Of a stretch of DNA of 64,000 bases, positions 20,626 to 34,596 are shown piece by piece; position 1 is the first letter of the stretch, and every line of letters begins with the position of its first letter. The DNA lies in contig NC_134477.1 of NCBI RefSeq assembly GCF_964194025.1, positions 14,570,001 to 14,634,000 of the forward strand, read 5' to 3'. Below the pieces are notes generated by a model. That model worked only from the letters and a program-made list of their open reading frames with translations. It was not told the DNA's origin and ran no database searches. Origin of the DNA: Convolutriloba macropyga. Taxonomy: Eukaryota. The position numbers were made by a program, and so were the translations under genes.

Positions 20626-23294
20626 ATTTTTTTATCTTTCGATTATATAGAAAAGCTGACCAAAAGTTTTCACGACCTGACAAACTAACACAACAAATCA
20701 TTAACTGCAACAGTGTCTTCAAAGTTTGAACATGTCTCCGGTGGCAATTATTCTGAAAGAAGAGGCCAATCCCGATTTGAGAACAATAGCATATGAAACT
20801 TACAAAAAGAGAAAGTTGTTATTGTTAAACAAGAGTTGCGGGACAATGAGAGGGTTACAATTAACCACATGGCGCTACCAATGGTAATTTTCGACTACAT
20901 TCAGTCATTCAGATTTGAAAAGGCGCTGATGAAAGGAGCACAGCACACGATCGATCATGTTAGCGGTTACGTAAGAGAATTTGTTTTCAATCCAGAGACG
21001 ATATATGAAAATGTTAGGGAAATTCTTTACAACTATGATATCAAAGAGATTTCTCTATACGAAAATCAGGAGGGCTATTGGAGGAACCTGGAAATTATCG
21101 ATAGTTTTTGGCGGATTCCAAATAGCCCCGAAAGTCCAGACATTACGATTCGGTCAATTTCTCCCCTACCAGACTCAACGCCAACTCCCTCAACTCCCAA
21201 GGTAGCGGAAGTTTCCATAATTGCCAGCAGCAGTCTTGAGACGCCACCAGTGAGCCTTTGCTTTGCACCAAAGAAACGAAAACTTGATATCAACTTCTAA
21301 TACTCATTTAAAGACATTGTTTCTTTTGTTTCTGAGATCTTCTAGTGTGAAATTTATTTTGTTAGTATTGTTTGTTCCGTGTTATATAGCCTAACATTTC
21401 TTTCCATTTTTCGTCTCAACGCACATTGTTCCACTTGAAATTGAATTTTATGCTTTCACTACACTTTCAATTTTTACACAGTAAAGACTATGCACATTCT
21501 ATTGAACGCACTATATCGTGATAGAAATCAAAGTATTCTTGAGACGACGACATAATACTTTCTTTTTAAACAAAAATTCAAACTTGTGACCACACCTTGT
21601 CTTTGACAGTAAAACAACACTTGTTCAAACATGTGCGAGACAGTAAAAAAACTCGAACTCGACTGACCAATCAGAGAGTCAGAGACGAGCACACTGAATT
21701 GCTTATGGTAATAAAGGAGACCACACCTTGTTTTTGACAATAAAACAACACTTGTTCAAACATGTGCGAGACAGTAATAAAACTCAAACTCGACTAACCA
21801 ATCACACTGAATTCCTTATGTAATTGAAAGACACAAGTTGGCACATGTAGTAGACAAAACAATTCCTAAAACTCGGCTAACCAATCACAAAGGCCGAGAC
21901 CAAAACTTGCGAAACAAAAACTCAAAAACAAACTTTGTCATATGCACAAGTTTAAAATTAATCTTCAGTCAGCTCTCAGCAAATCAGAGGTCGGCAAAAC
22001 AAGTCCAGATTGGATAAAAATAGATAAACATTATAGACATACAGCTATAGTTATTGTTAGTGCTATGAAATTAATAAGAGAACAAAAAATAGAAAACGAA
22101 AAATACACTGCTCATACAATCATTTCGCCTAAGTTACGCAGTAAAATTCAGTCGCACATCAGTTTTTCCAGTTAAAATTTTGTCATTTTTTATAATTTCC
22201 CAAGTTTTACACTATTTTACGTGATCACATTTGCATTCTCCCTCAAACACCTCGTGTTACACAATTTACCGGTCTGCACCTATTGTCATTCACATTGCAA
22301 AACAATTTGTGCTTAATGGAATTGTTTTTGTGGAAGTCATTTCTCGATTTCTAAATCTCCCGTCATTTAAACGTGGTAGATGAATTGCTTTACCATACAT
22401 TTTCAAACACTTTTTCAGTACTTTTTCGGAACGTTTCACATAGTTTTGAGCATTTACTTTGTCCGTTTCATACGTATATTTCTTCCTTATTCTCTGCAAA
22501 GTTGCATTCTTTTCACCTCTGACGCCGCAAACTTACCAGACACAAAAATTCTCAATTTGGAGCCCTGGCACTTAAGTTTTATTGGTTTTCTAATCTGCCC
22601 ACACTCCCTAATCTGGGATAACATATGGTCAATAAAACTATCAAATTAAAACCAGATGTTGGATCAAAACCAGCAAGATTGGACTCCATTTTGGTTTAAA
22701 TGTAGATATATGAGATGAAACTTATAGAATATAGACATAAAACTTATCAGGAGATCGAAATAAAGAAAAGGTAAGTCAGTTATATGTTTTTCAAAAACCC
22801 ATAAACAGTCTGTTTGACTAAAAAAGGTTTAAGAGTTTTTAAACTTTAAAATCAACTTAATGGACCCCAAGAAATTGCAAAATTTTTTCAAGTTTTTCAA
22901 TAATTCCACTAAACTGTGAAATTTGTACAATTTTTTATCCCCCGCACAAAATAGCTGGAAATATCCTAAGTTTTTACCCACCAAACAAAATTGGCAAAAA
23001 TTTCACAAGTTTTTCTCATCGCACAAAATTGACAAAAATTTTACAAGTTTTTGTCCCCCACAAATTTGAGAAAATTTTAAAGTTTTTGTCCCCGGCACAA
23101 ATCGAGAAAAATTTTTACAAGTTTTTGTCCCTCTGCCAAAATTGAGAGACAAAATTTTTCGACCTCAAAAATGTACCTCACGGATCGTCACGGGGGGGGG
23201 GGGCTCCCCACCCGTTACAAAGCGTGTACACGGATCGTCACGGGGGGGGACGCCCCCCCCCCCCGTTACAAAGCGTATATTTAGGCTTACTACT
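20611..23294 (-). repeat. Right inverted arm (TIR) of Maverick, ~2.68 kb
   Basis: Reverse complement of 8722-11561, with two deletions of tens of bp relative to the left arm. Confidence 0.93.
20732..21300 (+). pseudogene. Right-arm copy of the 191-aa arm protein, frameshifted near 20810
   Basis: Translation matches 10875-11450 with several substitutions; the frame breaks in the A-run near 20805-20815. Confidence 0.75.
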
Positions 23295-23846
23295 TACATA
23301 TAAACCGACTGTACTAAACTAAACAACAAATTTTACTGTTAATGAAAAAAATCATGTGGCGGGTTTGTTGAGCATTGTAATCAATTTGAGAAAAATATTT
23401 GAATTGTCCACCAAAGCAATGACGCGAGAAACAAATGATAGAAACTCAAACCTTCTTATATTGCATTGTGGGTTTGTAGTTTTTAACGTCCATAATGCTA
23501 AATTATATACAAATTAACCAATCCACGATTTTGAAAAAAAAAAACAAAATGCATTCAAGAAAAAAATTTGCTTCAATAAGCCATGCTTTCAGTTGCTATC
23601 ATTCACTAATCTGACGATAGAAAACCAGATTGTTCGAAAAAAATTATTTATCTAATGATTTATCTGACGGTTACACAGAGAAAACTCCAAAGCATAAAAA
23701 GACGTTGGTATACAACTAACAACTTAAAAGGCTGGCAATTATCAACTACTGTTATTTATTGCACACCATTTCTCCCTAGTTTGTATTATTCAAATCACTC
23801 ATCTTTCCGTCCCTATGTTACAGTCAATTTTCAATTTTGTGCCAAT

Positions 23847-24242
23847 ACAGTCGATACTAATATGTATGTTTTGGGAGAACTAGTTGTACCTCATGTAATT
23901 TAAGATACTTTTACATCGGTTCATTGTATGATGCATATATCAAGACCCAAATTTGGAAAAAAAATGAAGAAATGCAACGTTTATAGGTTCAATCTAATGA
24001 CTTTTGTTCTACAGGCCAATAATATACATCCTGTCTCCATTTTTGACATTAAAAATTGGCTTTAAAACATTTTGGCCCACTGAACGCCCACTACCTATAA
24101 AGGGCGCATTTCTTCATTTTTGTCAAATTTGGGTCTTGGTAAATGCATCCTACAAATCCTACAATGAGCCGATGTAAAATTACCTTAAATTACATGCGGC
24201 ACAACTACTTCTCCCAAAACATACCTATTCTATTTTGGCTGT
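23847..24242. mobile_element. MITE-like imperfect palindrome
   Basis: gtatgttttgggagaactagttg...aagacccaaatttg...aatgaagaaatgc is inverted as gcatttcttcatt...caaatttgggtctt...caactacttctcccaaaacatac. Confidence 0.75.
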
Positions 24243-24715
24243 TCGAGAGATACAGTTCACAATGAAAGTTTAAGAATCTCGGTTTTTTCCGTTTATAATG
24301 GGTTTTTGTACATCAAAAGGAACTGTGATCAATACATTGAATAATTGCGAAACATAAATAGCCCTCTGCTTCCATTTGTTCCTCAATATTTTTTTGAAAG
24401 TCTTCAATGAAAATTTTACCCACACCCATAGCTAACTATTTTTTTAAGTTTGAAAATCAAATTGAAATATCAATTTTTTCTGAACAAAGAAATTGGTATC
24501 TTCTCGTGATCATATTCTCTCGTTTTTCAGTCGAGGTCCAAACTGCTGTTTATGATCACAACAATTGAGTTCCTGCTATGGGGCGCAGTAGCAAATAATG
24601 AGACGTTACCAATGGAGTCACAAAAACTTAGTCGTAAACATCCTTAAATGCTACTTATGGTTGACATTTGCACAGTCAAAAAAAAAAAATATTTTTTGTC
24701 AACTCCCCTTTGTCC

Positions 24716-25790
24716 GTTCATCCAGAAAATTCCCATATCAAAGTTACTTATTCGCTTTTGTATCCCTGATCAAGTTGGTGTTTAGCGGGCAGACAATTTT
24801 TCTTTTTTTACGGAAAGACAAGAAAATAACCACAATTTTTTTACAACTTTGTCCTCTTTTTTTAGATTTTTTGTAAATAAATGTACCCATCATATCTTAT
24901 CACATATTATTTACCCCACACCATGCAGTTGCTTACAAAGAACCCGCAGTCAAATTTTCAAAACAATCCGGCTCTTAAAATTTCTGATTTTAGCGTTAGG
25001 CTAGTCATTCGAATGGACACTACCATTGGTTTTTGCTTAATCTGTCATTTTGTCATTCTTCTGTAACAAATGTCGTAAACATCAATAGATATTTTCTTTT
25101 AATATTGTCATTTGCATGAGGCCAAAAAATAATTATATTTTTTGACAATTATCGAATTCCTTTTTTGCGCCAACACCCTTATGTTTGTTCATCCAGAAAA
25201 TTCCCATATCAAAGTTACTTATTCGCTTTTGTATCCCTGATCAAGTTGGTGTTTAGCGGGCAGACAATTTTTCTTTTTTACGGAAAGACAAGAAAATAAC
25301 CACAATTTTTTTACAACTTTGTCCTCTTTTTTTTAGATTTTTTGTAAATAAATGTACCCATCATATCTTATCACATATATTATTTACCCCACACCATGCA
25401 GTTGCTTACAAAAAACCCGCAGTCAAATTTTCAAAACAATCCGGCTCTTAAAATTTCTAATTTTAGCGTTGGGCTAGTCATCCGAATGGACACTACCATT
25501 GGTTTTTGCTTAACCTGTCATTTTGTCATTCTTCTGTAACAAATGTCGTAAACATCAATAGATATTTTCTTTTAATATTGTCATTTGCATGAGGCCAAAA
25601 AATAATTATATTTTTTGACAATTATCGAATTCCTGTTTTGCGCCAACACCCTTATGTTTGTTCATCCAGAAAGTTCCATAGTCAAAGTGGCTTCTGCATC
25701 CTTGATCACGTTGGTGCTTAGCGGGCGAACAATTTTTTATTTTTAATGAAAGACTAAAGAAAGACTCTTCTGTAACAAATGTCACTGCAT
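24716..25790 (+). repeat. ~472-bp tandem repeat (two full copies and one diverged partial)
   Basis: gttcatccagaaa(a/g)ttcc at 24716, 25187 and 25660. Confidence 0.9.
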
Positions 25791-25886
25791 GCTATTCTTT
25801 TTGGTCTTGGTCCTCGATGTTTTTGGCAACTCAGTAGCTTTGCGAAGCAAGATTTGCTGTTGTTTTCAAGCAAATAGGCAGTAATG

Positions 25887-26000
25887 GTTACGTGACTCTG
25901 CTTGAAGTCACTGAAAACTTCCAGCGTTTATCGAGAACAACGAAGTGGTTGGAGATATTTAGTCAGAATTTCGATGTGACTTCTGCAGAGTCACGTAGCC
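25887..26000. repeat. Short inverted repeat
   Basis: ggttacgtgactctgcttgaagtcac ... gtgacttctgcagagtcacgtagcc. Confidence 0.65.
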
Positions 26001-26539
26001 ATGCTTAAAACACTTTATTTGAAATGAATTGAAATGTCGAAAGTCAACGGAAGTCAACTTCTGGCTAAGTAGCAACTTCTGACATTTTAACTTCTGGCAC
26101 TGCAGACTTTCGGTGCAGGCACTGCAGAAATCGGCAATTTTGCAAAAGTGGAACAGCTTAGGTATAGAAATCCGGAAAACAAAAACAAGCATTAGAGGCG
26201 AAACTTAATAGCGAACTGATCAAATTACTTCCACGCGCTCAAATAGTCAGAAATTAGGCAGCTCTTAGGACTTTATTTAATTTGCAGCATAAGGATCAAA
26301 TTTTCATGTTTAGAAAGTCATTCTTAGAACGAAACCGTACAACCTAAAGTATTTTTGTTTATAAATTGAAATTACATTTTTAGATTTACTTAAATCTGGC
26401 CCACAGAACAATTTTGTTTTCATAGAAATGGGTAAAGTGGACGTTGAATCCGTGCTTCCTAGATTGAACTCCATTCCCCGTGTTACGGTACTGACTCAAA
26501 CCAGCTGCGTACCTTCTTCAATTTTGAAAATCTGGATTT

Positions 26540-26706
26540 TTCCCGTTTCTGCCTGCCCCCCCCCCCCCCCAGTACGTTATGCAGACCCGTTAAAGAGCAC
26601 GTGTCATTACATAGTAAATCATAGTAAGAAAAATGAAACGTGCGTCTGGGGGTTGCAAATAATATGCAACCAATAAACTGAGGGGGGGGGGGGGCACAAA
26701 CGGAGA
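26540..26706. mobile_element. Small MITE-like inverted repeat with C/G tracts
   Basis: ccgttt..tgccccccccccccccagt..gcagaccc versus ggggttgca..actgagggggggggggggcacaaacgg. Confidence 0.55.
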
Positions 26707-27780
26707 TGCAAAAATACCGAAAACATCTTATTCCATAAAAATTGTTCGAGTATCATGGAAGAGAAGTAACTCTCGACTCGTGTCATCAGGACGAAAGTGC
26801 TCGCGGTTCATTTTTATAACAATGCTCAAAATATCAGAAGGTTCTGGCAGGTGCAATTGGAGAACAAACATTTTGCGGTTGTGTCACACACCAAGTCGGC
26901 CTCACCCTGCCCAATTTGCCTTTGCTACGCTCTCTGCATGTTCACATAAAAATTACAAGTCTTTCATTATCCACGTAAATTGAGCGGAAACCACTTGATT
27001 TGTGCAATTATCTGATCGTCTCTGTTACGATCACCATTGCAGTGATTTTTTTGGCATATTCGTTATTTCAATCATTTTGGCTAATTCTTTAGCACTGACG
27101 TCTTTCGTTACTCCAATTCGTCATAAAATGAGCAATGCTATTGTCAGTTAATATGTCAGAGCTGTTTTTTAACCACTCATTTTTTTTAAAATCAGATTAC
27201 TGCTTTTCGAAGCTTCGGATCAAAAGGAGGACAGAAGACCACATGGTGAAACAATGAAACATAAGTCTATCAATGGACGAATTGCGCTCGAAGGACAATT
27301 GAGGGTTTGGCTTTGACTCAACATAGGCTTAAATTTGAGGCAACCTGCATTGGATAAAGGGTGTCTCAGTAAGGTAGGCTTTAAAGTGCAGTATTACAAG
27401 CCTCTATGAGAGCTAATGACAGCTAGCGAAAGAACACTCGAATAAAAACGTTCAAGTTTTATTATTTTATTACTTGTTATTACTTCAAACTTGTTAAAAA
27501 GCAGTAGCCTAATGCGATTTTGGTTTCCAATTTCATTTCAGACTCATGATCAGATCACATCAATGGACATTTTAACCATAAGCTAAAGTATTATTGGTTT
27601 AGAAATTGTTATCCAGTTTAAAAGCAGTGAACGCTCTAAAAACAAAGTCAACTGAAAAATTCAATTTATGAACAGCAAATCAACAAAAAATTTCAAATTT
27701 CAACCCACTAAAATTCGTCTAAATTTGAACTGACTAAAATTCATTTTTGACTAAGTCATGTAAAAGTAAAATGCATTATT

Positions 27781-28861
27781 TCAGTCAATGTACATTGTTT
27801 CTCGAAATTTTGAAGCGTTTAATAGGCAATAATGCTGACCAGAATCGCCAATCATATTGTACAATTCCTGCCAATCGTATCTCAAATTAGTGGAGCTGTT
27901 TGGATTGTTGACGAGTTTTAAGATAAACGGCAAGTGGCAGAGAATAATGAGATGTCGTTTTGCTCTCGATATGGCCACGTTCAATCGGAAAGGATTTGAA
28001 AAGAAACTCTGTTCGGTGTAACTGTTCTGCTGATCAATTGTTTTTGTGGTACAAAGAAGGATGATTTCTTTCTCTGCGCCCTGAAAAGCGTCCACTGTGC
28101 TCACTTTGGGAATTGTCCACGACGATTTCGAGGAAATTCGATCATCAATACAATGTCGCATTTTAGGCTCATTGCGCTCTGTTTCTGTCACGACTTCAAT
28201 CCACAGAGAATTGTTGTAATTTTCTGTTGCTTCCAATGCTCTGACGAGTTCTTCATGCACAAGGTTTGCTTGGTCTTTGTAAAAACAGATGACTCCGATG
28301 TCTTGTGCAGCTATGTTCTGTTTCTGAAGTAGACTCACTACAATGTCAACACATAACTTGGCCTCCACCGGGTTGTACAAACTTCCCCCTCGACTTCCCT
28401 CTCTCCCTGCGCTGTTTTCTCTATACCCGCTACTACTGGTACTTTTCCATGACATTTCACATCCCTTGTCTACGTTTACCATAGTGACCGGTGCTAATTT
28501 TGCACCCTCACTTAGTTGAGGTTTTAATGTGAGGCTGGAAGCCTCCTTGTCACTATTGCAACATACAATTGCTGACCTTTGCTCTTCGGTGACCCCGTTT
28601 GTGAGTGTGCTGTGATAGAAAAGTTGATTGTTGAGATGCGCGATAGCAGGATGGCATCTGTATTGCGTATTGAGCATGAGTGGTTTGAAGCCATTGCGAT
28701 GCAGCCGAGTGAACAAACTGGTCTCCTCGGCTTTCATGATGTGGTGACCATTTTCTGGTTGAACAAAGGCTGATGATTCTGATGTTGTGAATTGCACATC
28801 GGGGATAACTGGTGGAAGCTGATTGGGATCTCCCACGAGTAATAATAGCGTCGGTTTGAAC
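27781..28861 (-). CDS. ZGRF1: ZGRF1-like SF1 (Upf1/Dna2-like) helicase, last exon
   Basis: LLVGDPNQLPP, SLFTRL, LNTQYRCHPAIA, IGVICFYKDQ, VSTVDAFQGAEKEII, RLNVAISRAKRHL. Acceptor tttattag at 28862 is phase-compatible with the upstream exon. Confidence 0.88.
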
Positions 28862-28992
28862 CTAATAAACAGAAAATATCATTTCACAGTTAGAGCTATC
28901 ATTGGGTACGAATATGCATTCATATTAACATTTCTTCATAATCTCATAAACTCCTCGCAATAATTAAAACTCCGATATTCGAAAAAAAGCAA

Positions 28993-31900
28993 AAATAGCT
29001 AGCAAATTGCCAGAAAATAGCCGCAATAGCTTCGTAGATCTGTATTCTCAAAAAGATAAAAAGATAGAAATAGACAAAAAAGAAACTTCTTTTAATAAAG
29101 GCTGAGATGTTATATCTTGATTAAAAATCTGCATGGCGTATTATTGCTTCCATTAGCTGCTCTCAAATAAACTTCAATTAGAGTGACTCACACGAACTTG
29201 ACCTTATCTCTTTGGATTAAAGTAAAGAAAAGTCAATTTCAGCCTAAGGAAGTCATTTTTGAGAGTGAGGTAAGTCAAGTGTGACCAAAAACTTAATCAC
29301 GCAAATGATTAAGATAACTCGCTCCACTAAGAGTGAAAAACGACGTCACACGCATTTCAGTTGAAATTGCATGAACGAATGAACAAAAAGTAGATTTGAA
29401 GTGGTTGTGACGTAATATGGCCGTAACAAAAATCTTGACGAAAAAAACATAGCGGGATGAATTCCGGAAACGACTCAAAGAGTCGTATGCGTGAAAGAAC
29501 TACCTTTTAAATGAACTGGTTCCTACGAAAGTGACTACTGAAAACAAAAAAAAATAGTCGAAAAATAAAGATAGCCCATAAAACCAACAGAATTAAAAAA
29601 TTACATCACTCCTATATAAAACAGGCCAAATTTTTTGTACGTAATTGAAATAATCAAAGTACGCGAGCACAAAAGTCAAGAAGCAATGCTAGGCTCCCAA
29701 AACTTTAATTTGGAAAAAAAACACTTGAATACTGAAAGAAATGACAAAATTGTTACAAAAAGATATTATTTCTGTAAGTTCTCTCAATCGAAACACTATT
29801 TTACAATATAAAATCAGTAATCAATTTGTACCCAAAGAAAAATTGTGACTTTATAAACATTATTTGTCGCTTTAAATCACAATCAAGGCGATAAAACTAA
29901 ATAATGGCCAAAATATTAATAAAATCAAAATTAATCATGAAAAAGACTAAGAGACAGAACAATATTCAATTGCAGCAAATTTTATGTTATCAAAAATAAG
30001 CCCAAAGAGCATTCACAGAAAAAAGTATTGTGAAATGTTTTGTAAAAAGAAGACTTTGTAAAAAGATTCTGAATTTTGTCTATAATTGATGTTTATTACC
30101 AAAGAATAAAAGTAAATTACCAATAACTGTACCCAAAGTCTTCTATAATCAGGATTTGAAACTTGCACCTTCCATTTTAAAATACGTCTTTTCAAAAAAA
30201 AATTAAAATCAAAACATATCTGGCAGATTGCCAGAAAATACCCGCAATAGCTTCGTAGATCTGCCGTCTAAAAAAATAAAAAAAAGACAGACCAAAAAAC
30301 TTCGTCTTTTCATTGAAGGCTGATATGTTATATTTTGATTAAGTTTTTGCTGCCTCTATTAGCTGCTCTCAAATAACCTTCATTTAGAGTGACACACACC
30401 CATTTGACCTTATCTCTTTGAATTGAAGTAAATAAAAGTCAATTTCAAAGTGAGGAAGTCATTTTTGAGAGTGAGGTAAGTCAAGTGTGACCAAAAAATT
30501 TTAATCACGCGCATGAACAAAAAACCTCGCTCCACTAAGAGCGAAAAATGACGTCACACATGCAATTCAGTTGAAATTGCATGAACGAATGAACAAAAAG
30601 TGGCTGTGACGTCATATGGTCGTAACAAAAATCATGACGACGAATTAAAAAAAAACCAAGAGATGGCCAATAATAGCCCCAGCTATCGCTGTGCGGCTAT
30701 TAATCAATTGCAAACAAAAAATTTTTTAAAAAATTCAAAATAAGACAAAGATCGATAATTTTCAATTCAATTAAGGCACGGCGGAAAAAATATATGTCTT
30801 AGGAGAATATTAGAAAGAAACATGCAAGAATGTGGAGAATACATATATTATCAAAGAGAAAAAAAACTAAGTCGCAAAATCCAAATTCAACTGGAAACTC
30901 CAATGAATAATCAAAAAGAAAAAATACTGAAGTAAAAAACATCGATCTCTTTCTCATTAAGCAATCGAGATTGAAAAATATTACATAGACATCTTCCTGT
31001 CTCAGTAAGAAGTGAAAACAGTTCAATTGAGAAACAGTAAATAAAAAAATCAAAATATGGTGAATATTTTTATTGAATTTTAAAAACTATCACCAAAAAC
31101 AATTCAATTTGCAACAAAATGATATCAAAAACACTGATGGCGCACCAAAAAGAATTTTATGGTAAATAAACACAAAGTAAACAAAAGACAAAATTTGACA
31201 AAAACGCCAATGTCGGATTGGTATGTGCAAAAATTTTTTTAACAAAAACACCTCACGTCAAAAAGAGGCATCCAATTCAGGAATTCAAGATGTTGACATA
31301 TTTACTAACTTATTTAAACAATTTTGCTCACATTTATAGAAATTAATAAAAAGCCAAAAAAATGACAACAAAAAATTGAGAAACATGGGCCAATTTTGCA
31401 CTTGAAATGCATTATTAATCTCTCAGAAGCAGTGCGGTATCAATTTCGGATGGTTGCATAATCATGCGGCATCGATCAAAACTTAATTCTACAAAATACA
31501 AAGTTAAATAAAAAATTGGGCCAATTGGATGAAAACACGGCAAATACTGTAATCTATATGCGCCAATCTCTCAAAAACTCTTCTCAAAGTCAAAAAGCCT
31601 TTCACTGACCTCAGCGCATGAGCAAAACTTCTCTCGCTAAAAAAAAGTTAGTTAAAACGGCAATTATACTCACTTTCACAATTAGGTCAAAACGCCGCCT
31701 GAACAAATAGTACTTCCGGTAATAAAAATCTTAAGAAAATCAATACTCCTCTTTCGAGTCGTAAAAAACTCAGAAGGGTCCAATAACAGCACCAGCTTTT
31801 GCTGTGCGGCTATTAACTATAAAAATATCTCAGAGAAGCGAACTATCAGTTAGACAAGAGGCCAAGGGGGAAGCCTTGCCTTATAACGAGCACTTTTAAA

Positions 31901-33943
31901 ATTACGACAAAAAGTCAAAAACTTTTACCAGCACATCGAAAGCCTATGCTAATAAATAATATTCTCAGCTAATTAAATAGGTGCCAAAAGTCTTACATAT
32001 GGTCATTACCTTTTGGCTAACCAGTATCTATCTAACCAGTAGCAACAAAAAAAATGCTCATAAGGCACGTTTGAAGACAGAAAATTAATCTTACCGAAAA
32101 GGCTCACATGATTCTCTGTGCACAAATTTCAGGCCCCTCCTTGACAATTAACAAATATCAACAACATAACTAACAGATTGCCAGAAAACAGCCCCAATAG
32201 CTTCGTAGATCTGCAGTCTAAAAAACAGTAAAAAATACCAAAAAATTAGTCTTTTCATTGAAAGCTGAGATGTTACATTCTGATTCAGAACCTGTATAAG
32301 TTATTGATACCTCTATTACCTGCTCTCAAATAACCTTCATTTAGAGTGTTACACATTCTCTTGACCTCATCTCTGAATTAAAACAAATAAAAGTCAATTT
32401 CAAAGTGAGGAAGTTATTTTTGAGAGTGAGGTAAGTCACGTGTGATCAAAAACTTAATCGCGCGAAAGAACAAAAAAAAACTCGCTCCACTAAGACGAAA
32501 AAACAACGTCACACACATTTCAGTTGAAATTGCATGCATGATTGAAAAAAAAAACAAATTTGAAGTGGTTGTGACGTCATATGGTCGTAACAAAAATCTT
32601 GACGAAAAAAACATACCGGGATAAATTCCGGAAACGACTCAAAGAGTCGTATGCGTGAAAGAATTACCTTTTAAATGAACTGGCTCCTACTAAAATGACT
32701 ACTGAAAACAAAAAAAATCGAAAAATAAAGATAGCCCATAAAACCAACAGAATTAAAAAATTACATCACTCCTATATAAAACAGGCCAAATTTTTTGTAC
32801 GTAATTGAAATAATCAAAGTACGCGAGCACAAAAGTCAAGAAGCAATGCTAGGCTCCCAAAACTTTAATTTGGAAAAAAACACTTGAATACTGAAAGAAA
32901 TGACAAAATTGTTACAAAAAGATATTAATTTCCGTAAGTTCTCTCAATCGAAACACTATTTTACAATATAAAATCAGTAATCAATTTGTAGCCAATGAAA
33001 AATTGTGACTTTATAAACATTAGTTGTCGCTTTAAATCACAATCAAGGCGATAAAACTAAATAATGACCAAAATATTAATAAAATCAAAATTAATCATGA
33101 AAAAGACTAAGAGACAGAACAATATTCAATTGCAGCAAATTTTATGTTATCAAAAATAAGCCCAAAGAGCATTCACAGAAAAAAGTATTGTGAAATGTTT
33201 TGTAAAAAGAAGACTAGTAAAACCTCAATACCATATTATGTTAAATAAAATCAATTGCAAACAAAAAATTATTAAAAAATTCAAAATAAGACAAAAATCG
33301 ATAATTTTCAATTCAAAAATTTAATCACGCGAATGAAAAACTCGCTCCACTAACAGTGAAAAATGACATCACGCACGTAATTCAGTTTAAGTTGCATGAA
33401 CGAATGAACAAACAGCAGATTTGGAGCGATCGTGACGTCATATGGTCGTAACCAAAATCGTGACGACGAAAAAAAAACATAGCAGGACAAGTCCTGACGT
33501 ACAATTCAAAGAATTCTCATTGACTAAACAGAAAACTAGACTTAGCACGGACTATGAATGGATTGGGAAAACCATTTAGAAAATCGCATCCAAAAAATTG
33601 AAGAAACAGTAGAAATCCAAGTGAAATTGCCGTATGTGAACAAAAAACCACTAGCGAGAAAGCTAATTTTTGTTCAAACGCCGTTTTCTCACTCTACTTT
33701 AAAAATATAGCGACAAAAATTTCACGCCGCAAAACCACTCGCTTTTTCGCTCCACTTCCTCTTTCGGCGTGAGCAAAATCATTACTCCAATTTGACTTCA
33801 AAAAATCATAAAAATGTGTGAACAGATCTTAAAGACAGCGCCCCAATACAATTCAAATTCTTTGAATTGTAAAAACCAAGAGAAGGCAAATAATAGCCCC
33901 AGCTACCACTGAGCCGGCTGAGAAGATGAGGGCGGCTATTAAT
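28993..33943 (-). mobile_element. Cluster of non-autonomous Helentron (HINE/DINE-1-like) elements and a ~0.6 kb duplication in the ZGRF1 intron
   Basis: 3'-end motif cagattgccagaaaatagccgcaatagc at ~29002, 30224 and 32174; 5'-end motif gcggctattaa at ~30703, 31816 and 33942. Bases 29450-30055 repeat 32615-33214. Confidence 0.72.
30212..30703 (-). mobile_element. Complete ~490-bp HINE (non-autonomous Helentron)
   Basis: On the minus strand: TT-AATAGCCGCA subTIR with nearby partial IR (GGGGCTATT), a degenerate 3' subTIR, the perfect hairpin TCTGGCA-ATC-TGCCAGA, then a T-rich end. Confidence 0.75.
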
Positions 33944-34596
33944 AACCAATTAACAATTACCAGCCTATATCATATCAAGCATAGTCAGACACTATTGACT
34001 TTGACACAGCTACAACGGTACTTTTCAAAAAATGTGACAATCCACCAAAAACTGTGCACCAAACAAAAACTATCGACTTCTCATCGGCTAGTCTTTCGCC
34101 TGGTTGACTCGTGTCAATGCTAAGTGTACTGTTTCTATAGTCCAGTTACATTTAGATTCATTTATCATACTGTTGAGGCATTGTGCATCTAGGACGAAAT
34201 TTAACGATTCTCCTTTTCGCAGAATAATTACTGGATTTATGTATGTGGGTCCTGTTGTTAATATTTTTTTATTAACTGGCGATATAATGCGTACTGTTTT
34301 AAAATGCCAAGTAGTTGTTGTGTTGTCTTTAAGATATATCGCTCCTTTATTTACTGTTTTTTGAAAATCGCCAACGTTTTCATCAGCAGGTTTAGTTTTA
34401 CTTCTGTCTTTTTTATCTTTAGATATTATCTATATTTATCAATATCTAAACTAAATTTTGTTGCTGCACATTTTGATCAAGTCGAATTAAAAATGCGTGC
34501 AATTGAGAACCCGTCGGCTACATTAATGGTCTTTTTTGTTGCAAGAGCAGAGTTTTCGTAGACGGTAACTGGTATTATCATATTCTACAATTTGAC

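Larger units (their letters stand above)
8722..23294 (+). mobile_element. Maverick/Polinton (adintovirus-like) element lacking pPolB and packaging ATPase
   Basis: Begins AGTAGTAAG (8722) and ends CTTACTACT (23294). Flanked by identical TACATA at 8716-8721 and 23295-23300 (6-bp TSD). Long inverted arms, and internal integrase, capsid and protease genes. Confidence 0.96.
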
